From: Promethearchaeota archaeon
GTDB lineage: Archaea; Asgardarchaeota; Lokiarchaeia; Sigyniarchaeales; SOKP01
DNA length: 64,000 nt
NCBI GenBank assembly: GCA_019057865.1
Contig: JAHLWP010000006.1
Location: forward strand, 64,001-128,000
Reading direction: 5' to 3'
Position 1 is the stretch's first letter. Every line of letters begins with the position of its first letter. Below, piece by piece: positions 21,746 to 31,448 of this stretch. The translations under genes were made by a program, and so were the position numbers. Under the pieces are notes generated by a model. That model searched no databases. It was not told the DNA's origin and saw only the letters and a program-made list of their open reading frames with translations.

Positions 21746-21759
21746 AAAAAAGTCTTCTT

Positions 21760-21987
21760 CTAACTTTCAGGGAGGTTTTTTAAATCAAAAACTGATTCGC
21801 AATTGGGACATGTGTTTGGTTTCTTGCTATATTTTAAAACAAAGTAAATTATAAAGCCCAAACCTAAGGTTAGGATGACGAGGAAGCATAAAACTTCATG
21901 ATAAATGTGTTGAAAATTCGGTCGCCGTAAAACAACCTCTCTCTCGCATGTTGGGCAATAAACAGTTTTTTTCCCCGTATTGATCAA
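21760..21987 (-). CDS. LITAF-like Zn-ribbon membrane protein
   Basis: CPTC, then ~20 hydrophobic residues, then CPNC. Confidence 0.7.
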   Translation of the reverse strand: MINTGKKTVYCPTCEREVVLRRPNFQHIYHEVLCFLVILTLGLGFIIYFVLKYSKKPNTCPNCESVFDLKNLPES

Positions 21988-22035
21988 CTACTGTAATTGA
22001 GTTTTTAATATTAAATTATATTTATCAAAATTTAA

Positions 22036-22827
22036 TTATTTTTTGTCGAGATTAAAATCGTATTCAATCTTTTTCATTTTTTTTGCTGGTCTTCCAATGT
22101 GTATAAATTTTGGCTCAAGATATTGATTAACTTGTGTATAACTTCCCATCCCTAAAATTGCTCCTTCTCCTACTATAGTTCCTGGAGAGATAACACTAAA
22201 TGCACCAATTGTGCAACCATCTTTTAGGATAACCTTTTTTAGGAGTAGAAAATCATCAAAAATCATCGAGCTCATAATAATAGAGCCTTCCCCTAAAATA
22301 GTATTCTCACCAATTTCTACGAAATCTGAATCAATATAACTATCTAATAAACCTGTATTATATGATACTTTTATATTGCAGATTTTAAGAGCAAATATTT
22401 TTATCCAAGGTAATGGAAAGTAGTTATAAGCCTTTAAAACAAATTTTTTTATTGTTTTTCTTAAAATAAAGAATAAATAGTCTTTATCCCTAAAGTTTCT
22501 TTTAAAAATTCCCTCTCTTGGACGGTGGATTAAATTTATAAGAATTAAAAGTAATTTGGAATAAAAAAGAAGAAATACTAAGAAAAGTCCAAAATAAAGA
22601 ATAATTAATATGGGTAAGAAGCACATTACTCCTATTGGAGTGAGCCAAATTGAAAATAAATTAAAAAAAAATTGAAATAATAAAATTGTAGGAAAAACTG
22701 AAAGCCATATCAAAATAATATAGATCCAAGAAAACCAATTCTCGTTTAAAGAATTGTTTGTTATAATAATACTCCTAATTTCTGTATTATAATCTGCATT
22801 ATCCCTTAAAAATTCATTAGGTTTCAT
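22036..22827 (-). CDS. Membrane protein with left-handed beta-helix (hexapeptide acyltransferase-like) domain
   Basis: Two TM helices; PREG motif; IGENTILGEGS/IGAFSVISPG repeats; GRPAK. Confidence 0.8.
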   Translation of the reverse strand: MKPNEFLRDNADYNTEIRSIIITNNSLNENWFSWIYIILIWLSVFPTILLFQFFFNLFSIWLTPIGVMCFLPILIILYFGLFLVFLLFYSKLLLILINLIHRPREGIFKRNFRDKDYLFFILRKTIKKFVLKAYNYFPLPWIKIFALKICNIKVSYNTGLLDSYIDSDFVEIGENTILGEGSIIMSSMIFDDFLLLKKVILKDGCTIGAFSVISPGTIVGEGAILGMGSYTQVNQYLEPKFIHIGRPAKKMKKIEYDFNLDKK

Positions 22828-22828
22828 T

Positions 22829-24403
22829 TTAATTTAATTTTAATTTATCTATATTGAAATTCATTATTTTAATTAGTTCATTTTTAGAAAGTTTATTTAG
22901 CGGCGCTCCATAATATAGAGAATTTGAACTTAATTTAGCATTTTTAGCCGTAACTGATAATGGGAGCAAGAATACATTGTTTTCAATTTGAGACCCTGGA
23001 GCGATACAGCAGCAATCTGAAATGACCACATTATCTTTTATATTTATACCTTTTATGGTTAAATATTTATCCCAAAGATGGTTTTCAATTAAACATCTTC
23101 CAAGATATGTATTATTACCTACATCTAATAATTCTTTTGCTATATATGAGTCCTCTATTACTGTATTTCTTCCAAAGTTACAATTACCAATGAAATTAAA
23201 GCCTGATCTTAATAACCAAGGAAAAGGACTTCTTTGTAATTTCCATTTAACATATCGTAGTAAAAATGAACGAATAAAATAATTACTATACTCTTTATTT
23301 TTTCTATTCCAGTGATAAACACCTTCTTTGATTGGAGTTTTACGCTGAATTAAATTATATATGATTTTTGATAATAATATTAAAATTGATAAGTTAATTA
23401 TATAGAAAACAATAAATATTAAAGGGGTGATTAGAAGAATAAGTAATGAGGGAAAGGAGCTAAAGATATGAATAAAATTAGGTGTTTGCAGAATATATGG
23501 AATAAAAAATTGAAGGTTATAATATATAATTCCGAAAATGGGAATACAATAAGAAATAAAATAAATAAAGGCAATGATCAGTAAGTTGTAATAAAAATTC
23601 TTTACAAATTTTCCTCCTTGAGTGTCTATATTTTTAAGATTATGAGTAAATGTATTATTTTGATTGTTGTTTTTATTAAAAACTGTGTTTCTTAAATTTT
23701 GATATAAGTTTTTTGATTTATTATCTAATTTTTCAATAGTATTGTCTATATAGAAAGAATTTGGTCCTATTTTTTGATTATACTTTGTTATAGACATCGC
23801 TTCTATAGTTGTATTCTTATCTACTTGAGTTCCTGGAGTAATAAATGAATTTGAACCAACTATTACATTATCTTTAATTTTTACTTTCTTAATAATTAAA
23901 TAATTTCCTAAAATTACACTGGCTTTAATGGAACTTCCTTTACCAATAAAAATATTTTTCCCTAGTTCGATGAATTCCGAGTCATTATCGAACCACTTGT
24001 AATTAAGCTTTTCCACAAATGGTAAAGGGATGAATTGTGATACCCATACAGGCCATTTTTTTACCACGGCCCTTAAACTCCAAAAATAATAATCTTTATT
24101 CCTTTTATTTCTTTCAAAGATACCTTCCTTAGGTTTATGAATGAGATTTATTATAACTAGAAAGATTTTTGCTAATATAATGGAGCTCAAAACTAAAATT
24201 ATATAACCTAAATAAATCTGAATTGGAAACAGTAAAAGTAATAGAAAATAGTTCTTCTCAACTAATTTCCAAAAAAAATAAAACTCTAATATTGTAGGTA
24301 TTACTGAGCCCCAAATAATTAAAATATAGATAATTAAAAATTTCTTAGAAGCTAAAGTATTCGTGGTGAATGGTCCATGGTGAATTGAGACAGGAATGGA
24401 CAA
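22829..24403 (-). CDS. Membrane protein with two [2TM + hexapeptide] modules
   Basis: PKEG/IKEG motifs; hexapeptide repeats; paralogous to the neighbouring gene. Confidence 0.8.
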   Translation of the reverse strand: MSIPVSIHHGPFTTNTLASKKFLIIYILIIWGSVIPTILEFYFFWKLVEKNYFLLLLLFPIQIYLGYIILVLSSIILAKIFLVIINLIHKPKEGIFERNKRNKDYYFWSLRAVVKKWPVWVSQFIPLPFVEKLNYKWFDNDSEFIELGKNIFIGKGSSIKASVILGNYLIIKKVKIKDNVIVGSNSFITPGTQVDKNTTIEAMSITKYNQKIGPNSFYIDNTIEKLDNKSKNLYQNLRNTVFNKNNNQNNTFTHNLKNIDTQGGKFVKNFYYNLLIIAFIYFISYCIPIFGIIYYNLQFFIPYILQTPNFIHIFSSFPSLLILLITPLIFIVFYIINLSILILLSKIIYNLIQRKTPIKEGVYHWNRKNKEYSNYFIRSFLLRYVKWKLQRSPFPWLLRSGFNFIGNCNFGRNTVIEDSYIAKELLDVGNNTYLGRCLIENHLWDKYLTIKGINIKDNVVISDCCCIAPGSQIENNVFLLPLSVTAKNAKLSSNSLYYGAPLNKLSKNELIKIMNFNIDKLKLN

Positions 24404-24505
24404 TGTTTTGTTATATTGCGATATTAAATTGTAAAATTAGTATATTCTTTAACAATTAAAGTTTATTCATAGATCAATTAAATTTAATCATAAAATACAA
24501 AGAAA

Positions 24506-24661
24506 TTATTTAAATTCTCGAAATTCAGGTTTTTCTTTCGGTTCTTTCTTTTTCTTTTCCCCAGATATTAAAATATTCCATGTACTATTTACACCTAATT
24601 CTTTTAATTTTTTACGTTCTTCTTCTAAATCCTCATCTTGTTCTATTTCTTCTTCACTCAT
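24506..24661 (-). CDS. Small charged hypothetical protein (51 aa), absent from ORF track
   Basis: MSEEEIEQDEDLEEERKKLKELGVNSTWNILISGEKKKKEPKEKPEFREFK; coding-like purine bias. Confidence 0.65.
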   Translation of the reverse strand: MSEEEIEQDEDLEEERKKLKELGVNSTWNILISGEKKKKEPKEKPEFREFK

Positions 24662-24858
24662 TATTAGCACTCAAATAAATTATAAATTATTCATCTTATT
24701 AATTTATTTTATAAAGTTTAATATTTATTCGTTTTGAAAAATAAAGCTAAAAATAAAATTATTGAGGGAAGATTCTAAATAAAATTTTATATCATTACTT
24801 TTTTTATTTTATAAATTATTAAATATTTGAAAAGTATCTATTTTAAGAGGTCTAACTA

Positions 24859-25851
24859 ATGCCTAAATGTTACCATTGCGGAGAGGAAATCCTTGAAAGG
24901 GAAATTTTCCAATGCAGCAAATGTGGTCAAAATTATTGCTCTTTGCATAGAGATCCTATAAATCATGAATGTAATATTGTAAAAGAGAATTTAAATTTAC
25001 AAAGATTTCAACCACCAACTCCATCTTATGTCGATAGCTCTCAACTATCATCAACTACACAACAAAATATGTATCAGCAACATTTAACTCAAGAAGAAAT
25101 GCGTGGAACAACAGATGGGACATATACATGGTATCGTCAAGAGATTCTTGTTCCTGAAAATGCTTTTGATCCAGATTCAGGTATTCAATTCAAGGGAATT
25201 CTATTTCCTCATAAATCAGAATTTTTGCATCTATTAATTGGGGCGTCGCTTATTTTTATCATAGGCTTAATCACGTTCTATGACAGAGCCTTGATAGATT
25301 TAAATCTAACATGGACAATATTTATGTTAGCTAGCTTTTATATGACTGCTTTTCTTTTTCATGAATTTGGTCATCGTCAAGTAGCCATACATTTTGGTCT
25401 TCAAACAAAATTCAGATTGTTAACTTTTGGAATGCTAATTACATTATTTGGTCTAGTCTCTGGCATAATATCATTGGTAGGTGGAGTGACAGGCCTACCA
25501 GCTTTAGCGCTTCCAGGAGCTGTTGTAGTTCTGGGATTAGATAAAATAGATAGAACAACAGGGCTATGCAAAGCAGCAGGTCCTATTGTTAATCTTGTAT
25601 ATGGTTCTATACTGCTAGTGATATCTTTTATAATTCCAAGAGATTTATATCCATTAAATAATCTAATTGGTGTTGCTGCATACTTAAATTTTTGGCTAGG
25701 TTTGTTTAACATGATTCCGATTGGAATTTTAGATGGACAAAATATCTGGAAATGGAATAAGAAAATATTTTTAATCTTATTCGCATCATTATTAATATTA
25801 TTAATAGTGACACATGTGAATATTTACGTTACTAATCCTTATATCCCATAA
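24859..25851 (+). CDS. AN1 Zn-finger + site-2 (M50) intramembrane metalloprotease
   Basis: CYHC..CSKCG..YCSLH....HEC; HEFGH; AGP; NMIPIGILDG. Confidence 0.9.
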   Translation: MPKCYHCGEEILEREIFQCSKCGQNYCSLHRDPINHECNIVKENLNLQRFQPPTPSYVDSSQLSSTTQQNMYQQHLTQEEMRGTTDGTYTWYRQEILVPENAFDPDSGIQFKGILFPHKSEFLHLLIGASLIFIIGLITFYDRALIDLNLTWTIFMLASFYMTAFLFHEFGHRQVAIHFGLQTKFRLLTFGMLITLFGLVSGIISLVGGVTGLPALALPGAVVVLGLDKIDRTTGLCKAAGPIVNLVYGSILLVISFIIPRDLYPLNNLIGVAAYLNFWLGLFNMIPIGILDGQNIWKWNKKIFLILFASLLILLIVTHVNIYVTNPYIP

Positions 25852-26026
25852 GAATTTAATTTTTTTAAGTTTTTAAACAAAATAAATCAATAAAAATGGT
25901 TCAAATATATTTTGAAAGCAAAAAATTATGAATGATAAAAATTTTAAATTAGTATACTTTGTAAAATTTATTCAACTCAATCAAAATTTTCGATTAAAAC
26001 CTTTTGAATAATTATAGGGAAGAAAA

Positions 26027-26974
26027 GTGACGTATTGTGAATTTTGTGGGGAGCAGATTAGCTATCTACCATTTACTTGCAAATTTTGTAGGGGAACTTT
26101 TTGTAAAAAACATCGTTTACCAGAGAATCATCAATGCACTTTTGAATTAAAACATGTTCCAGTTGTGCCAACCACTCCAAGAGAATCACAGAAACGTTAT
26201 CCAGATCTTGCTGTAAAAAAGCCTGCTACTCAAGAATATTTAACTAAAGGTCCTAGAGTATTAAAAAAATACTTAAAACGGCAAGATAAACAAAGAAGGC
26301 AAGCAATGAGAAGTCATAGAGAATCGTATAGAGGAGCTCCTCAATATAATTACACTAAAATATTGTTTGCGATGATTATTCTTTTTTCGATTATTGGTTT
26401 AGTTTTTTTATCTAGTGAACGAGCACAATATATGTATTTTAGTTTACCAGGGCTTATCTATAATTATACATATCACACCTTTTTCACAGCGCTTCTCGTA
26501 AGTTCTACAGATTTTTTTGGGTTGTTCTTTTTATTCATAATGCTAATTTTTTTATACTTTATGGCTAGAAGAATTGAATTAAATCATGGGTGGAAGTTTT
26601 TAATAAAACTTTATGTTGTATGTTGTTTATTTTCAGCATTATTCTTTGTTTTATTAAGATTGGCATTAATAAATTATGCTCCTTTAGACATTTATTATAG
26701 ATGGGAATATTTTGGATTTGCTTGGGGAGGAATATATGGTTTAATTTCCTATTCAATTTTTCCAATAATGAATAAAAAAATTACAGCATTAATGACATTT
26801 ATTCCATTTAGAATGAGAGGAAGATCCTTTTTATTAATGATAATATTAATAAGACTAATACCCGGATTATTATTTGCTTTATACTCCCCCATATACTTGT
26901 TGTTTTATTTACCTGAATTAGGGGGAATTTTAGGCGCTTATATTATATATAAATATCAATTTAGACGGATATAA
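26027..26974 (+). CDS. AN1 Zn-finger + rhomboid-like pseudoprotease
   Basis: CEFC..CKFC..FCKKHRLPENHQC; 6 TM; RRIE..HG; catalytic GxSG reads GFAWGG and HLGG reads ELGG. Confidence 0.78.
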   Translation: MTYCEFCGEQISYLPFTCKFCRGTFCKKHRLPENHQCTFELKHVPVVPTTPRESQKRYPDLAVKKPATQEYLTKGPRVLKKYLKRQDKQRRQAMRSHRESYRGAPQYNYTKILFAMIILFSIIGLVFLSSERAQYMYFSLPGLIYNYTYHTFFTALLVSSTDFFGLFFLFIMLIFLYFMARRIELNHGWKFLIKLYVVCCLFSALFFVLLRLALINYAPLDIYYRWEYFGFAWGGIYGLISYSIFPIMNKKITALMTFIPFRMRGRSFLLMIILIRLIPGLLFALYSPIYLLFYLPELGGILGAYIIYKYQFRRI

Positions 26975-27072
26975 AATTATAACTCAGTCGATAATTATAA
27001 TCCATAAAAATTATCAAGGAATCTACTTTTTTTTCAATAATCTTTTTTAAAAAAATATTTCAAATTCTTAAA

Positions 27073-27729
27073 ATGTCTAAAGAGCACAGTTCTAAAATTA
27101 TTGAGTTAAATGAGGATTTAATTGAAAATAACGATAGGTTAGCTGCACAAAATAGTAAATTATTAAGAAAGAAAAATATAAGAGCGTTTGACTTTGTGGG
27201 TGCTATCGGAGCAGGCAAAACAGCAATTATAGAATCAATTGTAGAAAGAATCTCAAATGAGTATAAAGTTTTAGTTATAAATGGTGATGTTACTACAAGA
27301 ATAGATGCCGACAGGATTGAACAGCATGGTGTAAAAACGATCCAAATTAATACTGGTAGAGAATGTGCCTTAAATTCATATCATATCTCTCAAGTAATAA
27401 ATCACTATGATTTAAGTGAAATTGACATTTTATTTATTGAAAACGTTGGAAATTTGATCTGTCCATCTGATTTTATTTTAGGAACAGAAAAAAGAATTAT
27501 TATCGTATCGATTACTGAGGGTGAATGGGTAATTGAAAAACATCCAATGCTTTTTAAGATGTCAGATATAGCAGTTATAAATAAAATTGATTTAATAGAT
27601 GTAATGGATGTAAATATTGAAAAAATGGTTAAGGATGGACTAAAAATTAATCCAAATCTCAAAATTTTTACTACAAGTGCTACAACTAGTGAGAACATTT
27701 CTGAACTTATAAATGCAATTTTAGATTAA
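27073..27729 (+). CDS. hypB: Hydrogenase nickel-incorporation GTPase HypB
   Basis: GAIGAGKT; QINTG; ENVGNLICP; NKID. Confidence 0.93.
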   Translation: MSKEHSSKIIELNEDLIENNDRLAAQNSKLLRKKNIRAFDFVGAIGAGKTAIIESIVERISNEYKVLVINGDVTTRIDADRIEQHGVKTIQINTGRECALNSYHISQVINHYDLSEIDILFIENVGNLICPSDFILGTEKRIIIVSITEGEWVIEKHPMLFKMSDIAVINKIDLIDVMDVNIEKMVKDGLKINPNLKIFTTSATTSENISELINAILD

Positions 27730-27793
27730 TAGAATTAAGAATAAAAACAAAAGAAAATAATAATATTATTAAAGAAAAAAGTTCTGGTGTAAA

Positions 27794-28222
27794 ATGGCAA
27801 TTAGACAATATAATACAGAATTAGGATCATTAATAGATAAGATTGTAAAAGTATATCTTGATAAAGACAAATTCTTTGTCGGTCAATTAAAAGGAATTTC
27901 TGATGATTCAAACCTTATCCTTATCAATGCTAAAAATGAAAAAAATAAACCCTTTCCAAAGATATTTATAAGAAATTCATTTTATAATTTTGTAAGTTTA
28001 GAAGAAGAACCTTTCCCTATGAAAGCATTGGCAGACAGAATTGCTACAATTTTTTCAAAAGGGCATGTGAATTATATTGAAGATCAGAACATAATTTCAA
28101 TTCTAAATGGAAAGATTATCGTTGATGAAAATGAAGTAAGAGGTACTGGTCCATCAGCAGAGCGAGTTAAAAAAATTTTCCAGCAATTTAAAATGGATCT
28201 TGAAAGTCCTAATGAGGAATAA
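27794..28222 (+). CDS. Sm/Lsm protein with C-terminal extension (SmAP3-like)
   Basis: Sm1 motif (L..LIDK.V.V..F.G.L.G....NLIL.NA); Sm2 motif IFIR; extra C-terminal domain. Confidence 0.82.
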   Translation: MAIRQYNTELGSLIDKIVKVYLDKDKFFVGQLKGISDDSNLILINAKNEKNKPFPKIFIRNSFYNFVSLEEEPFPMKALADRIATIFSKGHVNYIEDQNIISILNGKIIVDENEVRGTGPSAERVKKIFQQFKMDLESPNEE

Positions 28223-28257
28223 CTTTCTTTTATTTTTTTAATCTATAATAATTTATA

Positions 28258-28749
28258 TTACTCAAAAATTCTTAAGAGATTCTTTAATTGTAGATTTTGG
28301 ACAATATTCTTCAGTAAAGCTTTTCCTAACGGTGTTACCTTAATGATGCCTAAATTCTCAAATTCTCTTATATAATCATTATCAATTAAAAATTTTATAT
28401 CTGAATTCCAGACTTTGCCAAAAATTTCTTTTAAATCATATATTTTAATATTTTCATCAACTTCTTTGCTAAGAGCAAGAATTAACGCTAAGGTACCATA
28501 TTGAGATGGTGTTATATTATCATCTTTCCCATAAGATGTTAATATATAATAATTTTGATCCAAAAATTTGGATGTGATTAACTCAAATCCTACATTTTTT
28601 AAATTCAAATAAACTTTACTAATAATATTTTTGAATTCAAAACTCTTACATAAATTCCTTAAATCTTCCTCTCTAATCATTTTTTGTGGATTGGTTAAAA
28701 TAATTCTTGAAATATTTTGTACTACTTCTTCAATATTGGTTGCTTCCAT
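28258..28749 (-). CDS. Tandem winged-helix (KITE/ScpB/NSE-like) protein
   Basis: 163 aa; NLKNVGFELI...YYIL; QYGTLALIL; LIDNDYI..IKVTPLG wing motif. Confidence 0.55.
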   Translation of the reverse strand: MEATNIEEVVQNISRIILTNPQKMIREEDLRNLCKSFEFKNIISKVYLNLKNVGFELITSKFLDQNYYILTSYGKDDNITPSQYGTLALILALSKEVDENIKIYDLKEIFGKVWNSDIKFLIDNDYIREFENLGIIKVTPLGKALLKNIVQNLQLKNLLRIFE

Positions 28750-28760
28750 AATTTAATTTA

Positions 28761-30395
28761 TCAACTCTCTTCAATATTTATAACTCTTAAATTTTCAATT
28801 TTTTTTTTCATTTCCAAATTCGAAATAATAAAAACCAAATTAGTTGTTGTTAGATTTTCTTCACTTTCAAATACAGGTAATATTTTTCTAATTGTTCTAT
28901 AAATTGAAAGCTTGTTATATTGACTTAGTAAAAATACATTTGAGAAGACAATTGTTTCAATTTTTAGAATGATTTTAATTGAGATATATAAAATTATAAC
29001 AAAAAAAATTTTTTCAGGAGTGGTTAATTCCTCAAACTTTATATGTTCTTCATTATTACGCATAAAATTTAATTGAACAAAAAAAAAATTATTTTCATTA
29101 TTGATCGTTATTTGTAATTGAGATTCTATATTGATTTTAGCTAAAAATTTATTGAGTAGTTCTTCAAGTTCATTAAGTAGGGTTTCAAATTTTCTAAATC
29201 TTTCAAAGATCTCTAACATTTCATTTTGATCATATTTAATAATGAGTTCTTCTCTTTTTAATTTTAAAAGCTCTTCAAATTCTAGTAATTTTTTAGTAAT
29301 TAGAGAAAAATTCTCTGGATTCTCTGGATCTATTTGATTATTTAAATTTAAGATTTCACTTAATTCAGCGTTTAGATTTTCAATTTCTTCTTCGATTTCA
29401 TTAGTTAATCTTATAGATTGAACATTTTTGATGTTAAGATCTTCATCAGAAATATCTTCATATTCTTTTATTTTTTCTTTATATTCATCTTTTAGGTTAT
29501 TTATTTTATAGTGATCATTTTCAATTATATCTAAAAGATTTTGATAGTCTTTTTCAAATATTTCATATCGGGGATATAATTCTTCAAATTTTAAACTAGT
29601 TTCATGTAATTTTGTTTTAATTTCATTAATCTCGTATTGAATCTTTTTAGCTTTTTTCTGAAGGGCTTGGATTTTTTCTGCATTTGTTAAATTTTCATCG
29701 AATTCTATTGTTAATTTTAAATCATCTTTCTTTTCCTTTTTTACTCCTTCCATTTGTCTTGTTATACTATTAATCTGATTAAAACATTCTTTCTTTTGTT
29801 TATTTAAATTCTGGATTTTTAAATTATAATCATCTAATGTTTTCTTAACTTGATCAATCCGATTTTTATGTTGTAGAAAGTCTTCTTCCAAATATTTCAA
29901 TTTATTTTTGTTATTTATTAGTGATTCATTTAGTTTTTCTATTAAATTTGAAATAGCAGTTAATTTACTTGATCGTTTACTAGCTTCTGATAATTTTAAT
30001 TCTTTTAATAGTATCTTCTTTTTTTTAAGAAGTAGATTAAATTCAAAAGTATGAATTATAGACTGAATCAGTTTATTATATTGAGAAAAAATTTCAATAT
30101 TATTATTAATTGTTCTATGAAATTCTCCCAAGTAGTCTAATAGCTTTGGAGCTTTACTTAATTCAGAAAAATTTTTCGCTTGATTTTGAAAAATTTCAAT
30201 AAATTCATCAATTGGAATTAAATCATAATTTTTGGAAATTTTCAAATAACGTTCATCTTGAAACTGAGCTAATAAATTTTTTTTGAATTTTCCAAGGATT
30301 AAAGTAAATCTATCAGTAATCACAATTTCTTTTTCGCCAATGGAAATTTTCAAATTATTTAATTGAATTATAGATTCAGCTCTATTTTTTTTCAA
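28761..30395 (-). CDS. SMC/Rad50-like coiled-coil protein with degenerate ABC-ATPase motifs
   Basis: N-terminal beta region FTLILGKFKK; ~300-aa coiled coil; C-terminal FEELTTPEKIFF at the LSGGE position; IVFSN at the Walker B position; FIIS. Confidence 0.6.
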   Translation of the reverse strand: MKKNRAESIIQLNNLKISIGEKEIVITDRFTLILGKFKKNLLAQFQDERYLKISKNYDLIPIDEFIEIFQNQAKNFSELSKAPKLLDYLGEFHRTINNNIEIFSQYNKLIQSIIHTFEFNLLLKKKKILLKELKLSEASKRSSKLTAISNLIEKLNESLINNKNKLKYLEEDFLQHKNRIDQVKKTLDDYNLKIQNLNKQKKECFNQINSITRQMEGVKKEKKDDLKLTIEFDENLTNAEKIQALQKKAKKIQYEINEIKTKLHETSLKFEELYPRYEIFEKDYQNLLDIIENDHYKINNLKDEYKEKIKEYEDISDEDLNIKNVQSIRLTNEIEEEIENLNAELSEILNLNNQIDPENPENFSLITKKLLEFEELLKLKREELIIKYDQNEMLEIFERFRKFETLLNELEELLNKFLAKINIESQLQITINNENNFFFVQLNFMRNNEEHIKFEELTTPEKIFFVIILYISIKIILKIETIVFSNVFLLSQYNKLSIYRTIRKILPVFESEENLTTTNLVFIISNLEMKKKIENLRVINIEES

Positions 30396-31422
30396 AATGG
30401 TCTTTAAATTTTTTGTATTCTTTTTCTTTTCTTTTTTTTCTTTCTCTTATTAAATCGAGTGGATCTTGTTCATCATCTTTTGGAATCATATAGTCATCTT
30501 TGAATCTCTTTTCAAACTTAGATTTAAATTTATTAATTTTTTCAGATATTTCATCACTAATTTCTAAAGGCTTTTTTTCTTCAACTTCTAGAACAATATC
30601 AGATAATTTCTCCCTTTTTTTTTTACGTCTTCTTCTTTCGAATTCCGTGTCAGAATATTTAAAGTATTCTTCATACGTCTCTTTTTGCTCTTCTTGCTTC
30701 TTTTTTAATTTTTTTAATTCTTCTTTATCTCTAGCCTTTTTAATAATTTCTTCCTTTGCTATTAATTCTTGTTTGGTTAATTGAGTTTCGGTTTCTTTTA
30801 AGAATTCCTTGAAATTTAAATTAGGATTTTCCATAAAAAATCTTTCGAACTCTTTTACTAATAATGTGGCAGTATTATTAGGAATTTTACTTAATTCTAT
30901 TTTAAGTTTCTTTTGAATTAAATCACTATAAAATGAATTAACATTATTTATTACATCTAAAAACAAAGAATTTTGTTTCAAAGAATCTACTAATTCTAAC
31001 CATTGGTTTAATTCAACTGAAGGGATGAAAGAAGGTTCATCAATGACTCTACTAATCGTTTTATTTTCTATAAGAAATAAGCCAATTTTCTTAGTATTAT
31101 CTTCATTTATTTTTAATTTCCTTAAGTTTTCTTTGAAGAGATCTTTATACTTTTTAATTAAGTTATCTTGGAAGTCTAAAAATTTTATAATGTTATTATT
31201 TGAAATCTTAATTAATTTAGCATTTAAGTTATTTAATAAATTAGTAGTATCTTCTATTTGCTCAAGAAATTCTTTATTAGAAAATTGTTTAATTAGAAAT
31301 TGTTTATTTTGTATAACTCTTTTTGAAATTTCATTTAACTGATTAATCTCACTTTGAAGTTCTTCTATTGGAGAAGTTAATTCCTTAATTTTTCCAAGGT
31401 TGAATATTTGGTTTTTTATCAT
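30382..31422 (-). CDS. Coiled-coil hypothetical protein with basic C-terminus
   Basis: 346-aa ORF overlapping the next gene; RRRRKKKR tract. Confidence 0.75.
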   Translation of the reverse strand: MIKNQIFNLGKIKELTSPIEELQSEINQLNEISKRVIQNKQFLIKQFSNKEFLEQIEDTTNLLNNLNAKLIKISNNNIIKFLDFQDNLIKKYKDLFKENLRKLKINEDNTKKIGLFLIENKTISRVIDEPSFIPSVELNQWLELVDSLKQNSLFLDVINNVNSFYSDLIQKKLKIELSKIPNNTATLLVKEFERFFMENPNLNFKEFLKETETQLTKQELIAKEEIIKKARDKEELKKLKKKQEEQKETYEEYFKYSDTEFERRRRKKKREKLSDIVLEVEEKKPLEISDEISEKINKFKSKFEKRFKDDYMIPKDDEQDPLDLIRERKKRKEKEYKKFKDHFEKK

Positions 31423-31448
31423 TTTTAAAGAAAAATATTATTAGAATT

